Below are positions 31,227 to 38,799 of a DNA stretch of 63,192 bases, in pieces. The stretch spans positions 1-63,192 of the IMG/VR virus record IMGVR_UViG_3300049261_000006, one strand, 5' to 3'. Each line of letters opens with the position of its first letter. The stretch's first letter is position 1. This DNA comes from a virus. Lineage: Duplodnaviria > Caudoviricetes. The position numbers were made by a program, and so were the translations under genes. The notes under the pieces were generated by a model that saw only the letters and a program-made list of their open reading frames with translations, made no database searches and had not been told where the DNA came from.

Positions 31227-33551
31227 ATGGCAATGACTGATGAAGAATTAGACGATTTTATATCTACGTATTTTGGAACAGCCTCAGACGCTTTTGGCAA
31301 TAGCAGAATGCGAACTGTTCTTCGTGAGATCGTTGCAGATCAAAGCGAAAGTAGTGATTCAACCGGGGCATATTATGAAACGCGCGCTGACCTATTAACC
31401 GTGCGTCCAACTAGCAATACGCTCGCAGAAACGCTTGGATATTATGCAGCCAACGACGGTGGTGGCGGTAATTATTTTTACGATACAGAAAGTTTAGAAA
31501 CCTCAGATGGTTATACGATTATCACACCAACTACAGGTACCGGGGCCGGAAGATGGAAACTATTAATTACTGGAAACTATTTAAACGCACGCTGGTTTGG
31601 TGCAACAGGAGATGGCGACACAGATGATACTGTGTCACTTCAAGCGTTTCTAACGTACGGTACATATATACGGCGTGGTATGCGCCTAGAATGGCCTAAT
31701 GGTGTTTGTAAAACAACTGACACACTAACGATCGGTCAGGAAACTACACCATTCGACCCTTATAACGAAAATTCATTCTATTTATACGGTGCCGGTATTT
31801 CGTCTGATCCGAATCAAGCAACTCCGGACGGTAATCCTGGCACACAAATAAGATACTACGGCAGCTCAGTAGAGGCTATCATTTCCCTTCGCCGAGGCGT
31901 TTCCAGATACCAAGTGATGGAGGGATTTACCGTTGTATCAAATACCCGCGGAGCGGCTGACCACGGTATCCTATGGGATGATACAAGATTTAGTATGCCC
32001 ACATTAACAAGGGTACATTCACAAGCATGTAATAATTGCTTTTCTGTTGTGAGGTCTACCGGACTAAACGGAGAGTTTATCACATTTAATAAGTGTGGCG
32101 GTACAGGCGTACAGCGGTACTTTTATATGAATGATAACGAATTGACCGGTCAATCATTTGGACATAAGTTTACTCATAACAACATGGGAGTAGATGATGG
32201 AGGTACGTTATTTGAACTCGGAGGTAACGCCCTTGGATTTGGTATTACTCTTATAGACTGTCATTCATCAAGCATTGGAAGTTCAGCAGAGGTCAGTGCA
32301 CTACTTTCAGCTGGCACTTTGCAAGGAGTTACATTCCTTAAGAACAACGGCATCAGCGGATATTTCACAGATATAGACGGAAGGCATGAACATGTAAGTA
32401 CTATTATTGATAATTACTCTTCGAGCTACAACGAAGCAGGAAGGATAACTTTTATAGGAACTGAGTTCGATGGTATGATGAGCACAGTTGCGCGTCCTGT
32501 TATCAGAACTACAGGTGGTTTTGCTGGCAACTATGCCGTATCTTTTGAAAAGTGTAGCTTAAATAGGTTTGGTTTCGGTTATGAAGAGGACAGTGTTTTT
32601 CATATATCGCTTAGTCACATTGACGCAACAAAGTGGAAATTTAAAGATACACTGATAAATTTCTATTCGGTTGATATTGGCCAGACATGGTTCAGTAGAA
32701 TTGAATTTGAAGACTGTGACATGCCGACTGGCGGAAGAGTGCAAACAATTTCAAATCTTACCGAAAGGGTAAAAGACCTCAGTACTCGTTCATCAATTAG
32801 TAATATAAGACAAGCACAAGGCAGACCCAGGAACTTATTAAGACATTCAGGATTTACGGTTGATAGCGTAACTGCACCCGCGCCATGGGTGCAAAGTGCC
32901 CCGTTTGCAGCAACTGTTAAAGCATTTCCGCACGCAGATGTTGCATCGTGGACATCTTCTCCTAACGCAAGGTTAATAACCTTGGCTGCAGGCGCATATG
33001 TCTATCAAGATATTGACGAAATAAATTTTCAAACTGGTAATCCTCACCAACCACTGTCCGGTCTTGTTACTGGATATTTTCAATGCCAAATTGGATTTAA
33101 TGGCGTAGAACAGTATACTATATTCGAATTATCGTTAGAAAATTCAGTAACTGGTAGAATATATCAAAAACGGCGGTTTAATTCGCCGGACCACGAGGTG
33201 ACATATAACGTTAATATGGTAGCGGTAGATACCGACCAAGCAGATTCACAAAAACTTCGTTTGCGTATTGCTTGTGTTTCTGGAACACCAACTGGACTGC
33301 GTTTATTTTCACCTATGATCACCGAAGATCCTTATACAGTATACGCGCCAACAGGTGCAGATCCAGTGGACTTTGTGCACTCATGGGATTTGAATACAGA
33401 ATTAGTTAGAGTGGATGGACGTTTCCAATTGCCATCTAAGCCGGATGCACAGGCTGGTGTATCAGATTTGCGCGGCGGCAAAATGTATTGGAATGGTACT
33501 GCACTTAAGGTATGGGATGGTTCAACCTGGAAAACAGTTACAATAAGTTAA
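31227..33551 (+). CDS. Tailspike / depolymerase with beta-helix
   Basis: GYYAANDGGGG..GRWK..NARWFGATGDGDTDDT motif; C-terminal MYWNGTALKVWDGSTW. Confidence 0.8.
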   Translation: MAMTDEELDDFISTYFGTASDAFGNSRMRTVLREIVADQSESSDSTGAYYETRADLLTVRPTSNTLAETLGYYAANDGGGGNYFYDTESLETSDGYTIITPTTGTGAGRWKLLITGNYLNARWFGATGDGDTDDTVSLQAFLTYGTYIRRGMRLEWPNGVCKTTDTLTIGQETTPFDPYNENSFYLYGAGISSDPNQATPDGNPGTQIRYYGSSVEAIISLRRGVSRYQVMEGFTVVSNTRGAADHGILWDDTRFSMPTLTRVHSQACNNCFSVVRSTGLNGEFITFNKCGGTGVQRYFYMNDNELTGQSFGHKFTHNNMGVDDGGTLFELGGNALGFGITLIDCHSSSIGSSAEVSALLSAGTLQGVTFLKNNGISGYFTDIDGRHEHVSTIIDNYSSSYNEAGRITFIGTEFDGMMSTVARPVIRTTGGFAGNYAVSFEKCSLNRFGFGYEEDSVFHISLSHIDATKWKFKDTLINFYSVDIGQTWFSRIEFEDCDMPTGGRVQTISNLTERVKDLSTRSSISNIRQAQGRPRNLLRHSGFTVDSVTAPAPWVQSAPFAATVKAFPHADVASWTSSPNARLITLAAGAYVYQDIDEINFQTGNPHQPLSGLVTGYFQCQIGFNGVEQYTIFELSLENSVTGRIYQKRRFNSPDHEVTYNVNMVAVDTDQADSQKLRLRIACVSGTPTGLRLFSPMITEDPYTVYAPTGADPVDFVHSWDLNTELVRVDGRFQLPSKPDAQAGVSDLRGGKMYWNGTALKVWDGSTWKTVTIS

Positions 33552-33567
33552 TTCAACAATTTATAGT

Positions 33568-34110
33568 ATGGTACAAGCAGAAATTAAACTTACAGCTGCA
33601 GTAGTTTCGGTATTAGTAATTGCAGTAATTTTATCTAATTTACCGAAACGTCGTAGACGTAATAAAACAGACGAACAATTTTATTTTTTATCACAGCAAA
33701 ACGCAATTATCATGACACAAGTAGAACAACTTAAACAAGCATCTACAGAACTGAGAGCTGAAGTAACTAACCTTCAGGGCGCATTGGACAAAGAACAAGA
33801 CCAAGTATCCAGGTTGTTACAAATCAATCGCGATACTGAAACCAGGTTAAATGAGACTATTGCAAGCCTGCAAAAACAATTGGCAGATGCTACAGATCCA
33901 GAAGCATTGCAATCTGTAATTGATGATCTTAACGCAACTAAAGATGCATTAAGAAATACAAAAGCAGATTTGGAAACAACAGTTGATGTAGCTGAAGAGC
34001 CACCAGTAGAAGAACCACCTGTAGAAGGTGAACAACCACCTACTGATGAACCTGTAGTGGAAGAGCCACCTGTAGAAGAAACTAATCTAAGCCGCAGACG
34101 TCGTTCTTAG
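33568..34110 (+). CDS. TM plus coiled-coil protein with Pro/Glu-rich tail
   Basis: N-terminal TM followed by RRRR, long heptads, EEPPVEE repeats. Confidence 0.65.
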   Translation: MVQAEIKLTAAVVSVLVIAVILSNLPKRRRRNKTDEQFYFLSQQNAIIMTQVEQLKQASTELRAEVTNLQGALDKEQDQVSRLLQINRDTETRLNETIASLQKQLADATDPEALQSVIDDLNATKDALRNTKADLETTVDVAEEPPVEEPPVEGEQPPTDEPVVEEPPVEETNLSRRRRS

Positions 34111-34138
34111 TTATATATGGGTTAGTAAGAGTTAAATT

Positions 34139-34170
34139 AAAACCACTCATTTCCATGGGTGGTTTTTTTT
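34139..34170 (+). terminator. Intrinsic terminator ending the late operon
   Basis: AAAACCACTCAT-TTCC-ATGGGTGG-TTTTTTTT. Confidence 0.85.
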
Positions 34171-34185
34171 ATCTATATTTGCTGT

Positions 34186-34263
34186 TACTCATTAGTAGTT
34201 ATGTAGAATATGTTTTATTAAGTTTTATTGTCGAAGGACCATTTCCATGGTCCTTTCTCTTTT
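34186..34263 (+). ncRNA. Candidate small RNA (own TATATTTG promoter and terminator)
   Basis: -7 box at 34174-34181; hairpin AAGGACCAT-TTCC-ATGGTCCTT at 34234-34255 plus pyrimidine tail; no ORF. Confidence 0.5.
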
Positions 34264-34264
34264 A

Positions 34265-34334
34265 TACTAAGAAGCCTCGATAGAAATCGAGGCTACCAAA
34301 CACGATACCCATATTATTACGGCAAAATCGCCGA
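34265..34334 (-). ncRNA. Candidate convergent small RNA / terminator of the tRNA operon
   Basis: Upstream TTATCTATATTAGCTGTT is 17/18 identical to 34169-34186; hairpin AGCCTCGAT-TTCT-ATCGAGGCT at 34273-34294. Confidence 0.4.
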
Positions 34335-34355
34335 ACAGCTAATATAGATAATTAT

Positions 34356-34428
34356 GGTGATATACCGGATTCGAACCGGCGCCATATGGACCACAACCAT
34401 GCATGCTAACCGCTAACACCAATACCAC
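34356..34428 (-). tRNA. tRNA-His(GUG)
   Basis: Cloverleaf GTGGTAT/ATATCAC, loop TT-GTG-GT, GGTTCGAATCC, discriminator C; CCA not encoded. Confidence 0.9.
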
Positions 34429-34430
34429 AG

Positions 34431-34501
34431 TTTTCGCGACTGGGTTCGAACCAATACCATTAGATCCAAATTCTAATATGCTACCGTTGCACTACGCGAA
34501 A
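34431..34501 (-). tRNA. tRNA-Gln(UUG)
   Basis: TTTCGCG/CGCGAAA acceptor, TTAGA-AT-TTG-GA-TCTAA, GGTTCGAACCC. Confidence 0.88.
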
Positions 34502-34567
34502 AAAAATGAAGGTTCCTCATGCGCAGCACGTTAATACTGCGCGCGAGTATACCTACAACTAAGCTCG

Positions 34568-34639
34568 TAGAGTAGACAGGATTCGAACCTGCGCAGTCTT
34601 GATCCCAAATCAAGGAGCCTACCGTTGGCCTACTACTCT
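34568..34639 (-). tRNA. tRNA-Pro(UGG)
   Basis: AGAGTAG/CTACTCT acceptor, CTTGA-TT-TGG-GA-TCAAG, GGTTCGAATCC. Confidence 0.9.
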
Positions 34640-34644
34640 AAATG

Positions 34645-34672
34645 AAAAACCCCACACAACGTGCAGGGCTTC
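34645..34672 (-). terminator. Attenuator terminator directly upstream of tRNA-Pro
   Basis: Minus strand GAAGCCCTGCAC-GTT-GTGTGGGG-TTTTT. Confidence 0.75.
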
Positions 34673-34694
34673 GTATAGTTATACAGCAATGCAC

Positions 34695-34745
34695 TCAGAT
34701 GGGAATATCCGGTTGCGGTTGCTGATGTATGTTAATAATTTTCAT
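34695..34745 (-). CDS. Leader peptide MKIINIHQQPQPDIPI
   Basis: ATG 5 nt after a TATATTTG box; six consecutive His/Gln/Pro codons matching the downstream tRNAs. Confidence 0.75.
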   Translation of the reverse strand: MKIINIHQQPQPDIPI

Positions 34746-34750
34746 GAGAG

Positions 34751-34758
34751 CAAATATA
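34751..34758 (-). promoter_or_regulatory. Bacteroidota -7 box (TATATTTG) for the tRNA operon
   Basis: Perfect TAnnTTTG; no clear -33 element. Confidence 0.7.
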
Positions 34759-34771
34759 GTACAAAAATTAT

Positions 34772-34833
34772 TTTGAAAATATTTTAAAATAAATTTTTTT
34801 ATATGGATAATATTATATTATTTTACTCCATCA
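34772..34833 (+). promoter_or_regulatory. Repeated early/middle promoter element (62 bp identical to 45742-45803)
   Basis: Exact duplicate; related copies at ~36594-36660, ~49511-49557, ~50198-50257 and weaker ones at ~36385, ~40250 and ~51070; always intergenic before gene blocks. Confidence 0.75.
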
Positions 34834-34855
34834 ATACAAACTTAATAAAACAAAC

Positions 34856-35182
34856 ATGCCCAGACCGCTTACACTGTCAAAATTTAAAACTGACATCGAA
34901 TATATCTTACCTGGTGTAACACTGGATGTGCTCAAGAGCAGCAAGGATAAATTTCACGCTTCAGTAGAAATTCAATTCGGTAATGGTCTTAATATAGTAG
35001 ATGTTGACCTACAAACAGCGTGTGAAACAATTGAAGACGTAGTAAAAGAATTTAATAAACGTGATTATCTACACATGTTGTTAAAAAAACCCAGTGGCGA
35101 TTTTATCTTGTTTATTACTTATCTTCGCAACCCGGTACCAGTATCTACCCAGAATTTATCATTAATAAAATACATACCATGA
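34856..35182 (+). CDS. Hypothetical protein
   Basis: 108-aa ORF after promoter repeat and A-rich leader. Confidence 0.7.
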   Translation: MPRPLTLSKFKTDIEYILPGVTLDVLKSSKDKFHASVEIQFGNGLNIVDVDLQTACETIEDVVKEFNKRDYLHMLLKKPSGDFILFITYLRNPVPVSTQNLSLIKYIP

Positions 35183-35496
35183 ACGTTAAAGCTAAATCAC
35201 TAGAACAATTTTTTGCAGATCACGTATTGCCAAAGGACGCGTCAACTGAAAGGAGAATGGATTCAAAATACGGCCGTTTTTTGACTAAAGAATTTTTCGT
35301 ACGTAAAGAGAAATTTAATGACCAAAACATTATGTTCCAGTTAGAAGACCGTACCTACGAAACAAATCAATTGGTTATGATAAATATGAACTACGACATA
35401 TTGCCGTATGACGATATACATTTCAGAGCGTTGCACAGAGATACATTCGTAGAAATGGCAGATCCGGCAACGGAATCAACAGGACTAAAATTTTAA
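35179..35496 (+). CDS. Hypothetical protein
   Basis: ATGA-coupled ORF. Confidence 0.7.
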   Translation: MNVKAKSLEQFFADHVLPKDASTERRMDSKYGRFLTKEFFVRKEKFNDQNIMFQLEDRTYETNQLVMINMNYDILPYDDIHFRALHRDTFVEMADPATESTGLKF

Positions 35497-35577
35497 ACCA
35501 CATATGCTGGGCTCAATGTATGATGTCGACCGGTAGACGAAAAATGCGGCGGGCCCAGTTCTTTTAAACCTTAAACC

Positions 35578-35697
35578 ATGAAAAAATTAATCGTAATACT
35601 TTTAATCACTATCTTTGCCAGCAGTTGTGTAGTATCAAAATACGATTGCCCGGGCAGTAAGATGGTAGGTTGTCAAGGATATAAACCAAGATATTAA
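35578..35697 (+). CDS. 39-aa lipoprotein (MKKLIVILLITIFASS|CVVSKYDCPGSKMVGCQGYKPRY)
   Basis: Type II signal peptide with Cys17; not in the ORF track. Confidence 0.65.
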   Translation: MKKLIVILLITIFASSCVVSKYDCPGSKMVGCQGYKPRY

Positions 35698-35778
35698 TAT
35701 TTTCGTTTGGCGGCCGACGGGGAACATCGGCCAAATTACGGATTGATCCAGGTTGGTAGTCTTACCGACCTGCTTTTT

Positions 35779-35850
35779 GGAGATATAGCTCAGTTGGTAG
35801 AGCAGCGGACTGAAAATCCGTGGTCCCTGGTTCGATTCCAGGTTTCTCCA
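35779..35850 (+). tRNA. tRNA-Phe(GAA)
   Basis: GGAGATA/TTTCTCC acceptor (one mismatch), GCGGA-CT-GAA-AA-TCCGT, GGTTCGATTCC. Confidence 0.92.
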
Positions 35851-36006
35851 CTCAGACGGTTTGAATCCGTTGGTTGGCCGACAATCTTGATGAAGGAGAG
35901 TTAGGCAGTTTAACTCACAAGGAAAGGAGATCATAGAACTCCAAAGTACTTGATACCAGTACTGCAGGTAGGTGCAGGGCCTGACGCGCGGGAAAGACCG
36001 CGACAC
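35851..36006 (+). ncRNA. Candidate structured RNA between tRNA-Phe and tRNA-Lys
   Basis: GC-richer spacer made almost entirely of consecutive hairpins (GACGG/CCGTT, GAGTTA/TAACTC, GGAG/CTCC, AGTACT/AGTACT, CAGG/CCTG, CGCGG/CCGCG). Confidence 0.45.
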
Positions 36007-36080
36007 GTCTTCTTAGCTCAGCTGGTCAGAGCACTACACTTTTAATGTAGGGGCCGATGGTTCGAATCCATCAGGGGACA
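36007..36080 (+). tRNA. tRNA-Lys(UUU)
   Basis: GTCTTCT/AGGGGAC acceptor, CTACA-CT-TTT-AA-TGTAG, GGTTCGAATCC. Confidence 0.92.
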
Positions 36081-36093
36081 CAAATTTATAGAT

Positions 36094-36384
36094 ATGAAAA
36101 GACATAGTAAATTGTTGTTGATAGTACTTATAATATTAATGTTAGCAGTACCGTATATGTGCTCAGCACAAACTGATAGTTTACTAAGTAATAGTCAGTG
36201 GACTACTTATAAGCGCGATACCATATTAGTATTAGTACTGCGCGTGCGCAATAAACCTGGTTATGTGCCACATACATGGGAGTGTTATAAAATAATCAAA
36301 CGCAATAATTATGTTTTTGAAGTGGAATACATAGACAAACAAAAGAAACCTATGCCGGATTTTAAAATAATTACTGAGCTATAA
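36094..36384 (+). CDS. Secreted hypothetical protein
   Basis: Signal peptide ending CSA|Q. Confidence 0.65.
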   Translation: MKRHSKLLLIVLIILMLAVPYMCSAQTDSLLSNSQWTTYKRDTILVLVLRVRNKPGYVPHTWECYKIIKRNNYVFEVEYIDKQKKPMPDFKIITEL

Positions 36385-36431
36385 TTTTTTAATTTAAAAA
36401 TATAATATTATCTTTATAAGAAAAGTTTTAT

Positions 36432-36596
36432 ATGGCAAAGAAGAAAACCGTGCACAAGGCTAATACAGCCATTACCCTAGACCCCACTGTTCTTGACGCT
36501 GGTAAAAAGAAAGCACACAAATTAATCCTTAGCTTTTCTGGCTATGTAGAAGAACTAATAAAATCAGATACTGAAAAAAAGTTTAAAAAAATCTGA
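36432..36596 (+). CDS. Ribbon-helix-helix DNA-binding protein (54 aa)
   Basis: NTAITLDPTVLDAGKKKAHKLILSFSGYVEELIK fits the Arc/CopG pattern; not in the ORF track. Confidence 0.65.
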   Translation: MAKKKTVHKANTAITLDPTVLDAGKKKAHKLILSFSGYVEELIKSDTEKKFKKI

Positions 36597-36755
36597 AAAT
36601 AAATTTTTTAGTTCGATAATATTATATTATCTTTACCGTATCAATACAAACTTAATAAAAACAATTTTTCTGAATGAAACCGCATGACGCACGTTGCTTG
36701 ACTATATATCTCAGCATAGCAACTATTACTATCATCTTATTTACAGTAGCATATT

Positions 36756-37016
36756 ATGAACATACTCGCTAAGGCAGATGAGATCGTTAACCAACGGTCT
36801 GAAGAAAAAGAACGTGAATATGGGCCAATGAATGAATCCATAGAACGGGCCGCAGTCATAGCATCTGAAATGAGAGGTATAACACTAACCGCTAACGATG
36901 TATTTGCAGTTATGATAGCAATTAAGTTATCACGCATCTCATTCTCAGATAAAGAAGATAGTTTCCTAGATGCAGTCGCCTATATGGGTGCCTGGAACAA
37001 TTATAAACGACAATAA
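36756..37016 (+). CDS. DUF6378-like protein
   Basis: ILAKADEIVN.R..EYG...IKLSR....EDSFLDAVAY motif. Confidence 0.7.
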   Translation: MNILAKADEIVNQRSEEKEREYGPMNESIERAAVIASEMRGITLTANDVFAVMIAIKLSRISFSDKEDSFLDAVAYMGAWNNYKRQ

Positions 37017-37029
37017 AAACTTAAAAACC

Positions 37030-37491
37030 ATGTCAAAATTTGCAAAGCGTAGTACGCTAGAATTGAAAAAATTGCTCGAAAGTAAAAAGACATCTGAAGC
37101 AGATGTAAAAGACATCGTGGCCATACTAAAAAAACGTAATGCCGCACCAGTAGTAGCTGAAATCCCTGAAGAGGACAATGAAGACGAAGCAACACTGGAA
37201 GTCGATGAAGACCTGCTTGATGAAGAAGCCGAAGCCGAAGAAAAAGAGGCGAAAAAAGATTTTGTCAAGCCAAAAACTAAAGCTGGTAAAAAAGAAGTAA
37301 AGGCCATCAAGAAAAAAGATAAGGTTAAAAAAGTGCGCAAGATCCGGCCTGACGCAAAAGCCAGCATGAAGTTGGACCTGGAACCGCTGTTTAAAAAAGG
37401 CTGGACCAGTAAAGAAATTTTTGATCACTTCGAAGAAAAATATAAAATCGAAAGCATTCGTTGGTATGCCTGGAAACGTAAGCAAATATGA
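37030..37491 (+). CDS. Highly charged protein (acidic then Lys-rich blocks)
   Basis: Start at ATG 37030 after an A-rich leader. Confidence 0.65.
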   Translation: MSKFAKRSTLELKKLLESKKTSEADVKDIVAILKKRNAAPVVAEIPEEDNEDEATLEVDEDLLDEEAEAEEKEAKKDFVKPKTKAGKKEVKAIKKKDKVKKVRKIRPDAKASMKLDLEPLFKKGWTSKEIFDHFEEKYKIESIRWYAWKRKQI

Positions 37492-38012
37492 CGTACGAAC
37501 CACGCAAAATGATCTACATACAGCGTGAGTACGCGAATAAACCCGGTACTCACCGCTATGAACTACTAGTAGATTGGCCAAGAGATAAAAGCATACCTAC
37601 TAAACGAATATACTTTGTAGGGCTGAATCCATCATATATCTATAATCATAAAGTAGGACCAACACTACTTAGGATGATTAACTTGGCCACTCTATGGGGT
37701 TATAACGCGGTAGGGTTGATAAATGTGTATTCTAATATTACACCATACCCACGTGACCTAGTCTTTAACCCAGTAGAACACCTTAAAAACCTGGATCATA
37801 TATTGACATTAGAACGTGATATACCAATAGTATTTGCGTGGGGTAACAGTCCTGTTAAGACCAAAATAGAACCAGGTGAGATCATATCGCACTTTACTAA
37901 TCCGCAGTGCCTGGGCTATAATTTTGATAAAACACCAAAGCACGTACTAACATTATCTGTTAACACACCATTAATACCATATAAACCATATGTCACTAGA
38001 AACGATGGATGA
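37488..38012 (+). CDS. DUF1643 family protein
   Basis: FVGLNPS, PTLLRM...WGY, INVYS, IVFAWG, CLG..PKH motifs. Confidence 0.8.
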   Translation: MTYEPRKMIYIQREYANKPGTHRYELLVDWPRDKSIPTKRIYFVGLNPSYIYNHKVGPTLLRMINLATLWGYNAVGLINVYSNITPYPRDLVFNPVEHLKNLDHILTLERDIPIVFAWGNSPVKTKIEPGEIISHFTNPQCLGYNFDKTPKHVLTLSVNTPLIPYKPYVTRNDG

Positions 38013-38799
38013 GCACATACAAGAGCTACGGCTCAAAAAGAAACACTATAATACGACAGACCTGGACCCAGAGAGTACATTTGAGCGGCACGTATTTCAC
38101 CGGGACTTCCTGGCACATTTTCACCGGTGGAGTCATATCTTAAAGGTTGCCAAGAAAGACGACATCATAGTGGACTTTGGTTGTGGTTCTGCTAATCTTG
38201 CCGAGGTGTTGTATCGTAACCGGTTTAAGCCAAAAAAATATACCGGGTTTGATATACGTGAAAAGACCATTGCTATTGCCAAAAAGAAATTTGAAAAGGT
38301 GCCATGGGTGCATCTACGCACCGCGGACCTATTAGATGACGATCTGGATATGGGCTGGTCTAGCCTTAATGCAGATAAGGTCGTGTCATTCGAGGTCATA
38401 GAACATGTAGGAAAACAAAACGTAGACACGTTCCTGCAGAATTTCCGTGATTGTGGCCACTCAGACGCGACTTACTACCTGTCCACGCCCAACTACGACG
38501 AGAAAGTAGGTGCTGCGGACAATCATACCTATGACTCCGGCGATGGCCGCGGCAAAGCCGTACAGGAGTTCGAACATTTGGAATTGAAACATCATATCGA
38601 AAAGTATTTTGAAATTGCCGACATGTACGGTACCTTTGCCAGCGTCAAGGACTATAAGAAATTAATGAACCCGGCTGAGTTACAAATCTATACCCGACTT
38701 TCTCAGTACTATGATTCTAACGTGGTATCCAATTTAATGGCACCACTATTTCCATCACAATCCCGTAATACCTTATGGGTACTTAAACAAGGCATATGA
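37990..38799 (+). CDS. Class I SAM-dependent methyltransferase
   Basis: IVDFGCGS (motif I), YTGFDI, VVSFEVIEHV, YLSTPN. Confidence 0.9.
   Translation: MSLETMDEHIQELRLKKKHYNTTDLDPESTFERHVFHRDFLAHFHRWSHILKVAKKDDIIVDFGCGSANLAEVLYRNRFKPKKYTGFDIREKTIAIAKKKFEKVPWVHLRTADLLDDDLDMGWSSLNADKVVSFEVIEHVGKQNVDTFLQNFRDCGHSDATYYLSTPNYDEKVGAADNHTYDSGDGRGKAVQEFEHLELKHHIEKYFEIADMYGTFASVKDYKKLMNPAELQIYTRLSQYYDSNVVSNLMAPLFPSQSRNTLWVLKQGI

Noticed and set aside
34502-34567. Theta/HDV-like ribozyme at a tRNA 3' end
   Set aside because: Could not build the nested double pseudoknot; only a simple hairpin is evident
35515-35545. Hammerhead in ATGATGTC...GACGAAA
   Set aside because: Core lacks the C3 and G8-A9 arrangement, and there is no stem III or cleavage triplet
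34599-36006. Track ORFs 34599-34787, 35635-36006 and 35707-35904
   Set aside because: They overlap tRNA genes and structured RNA; spurious
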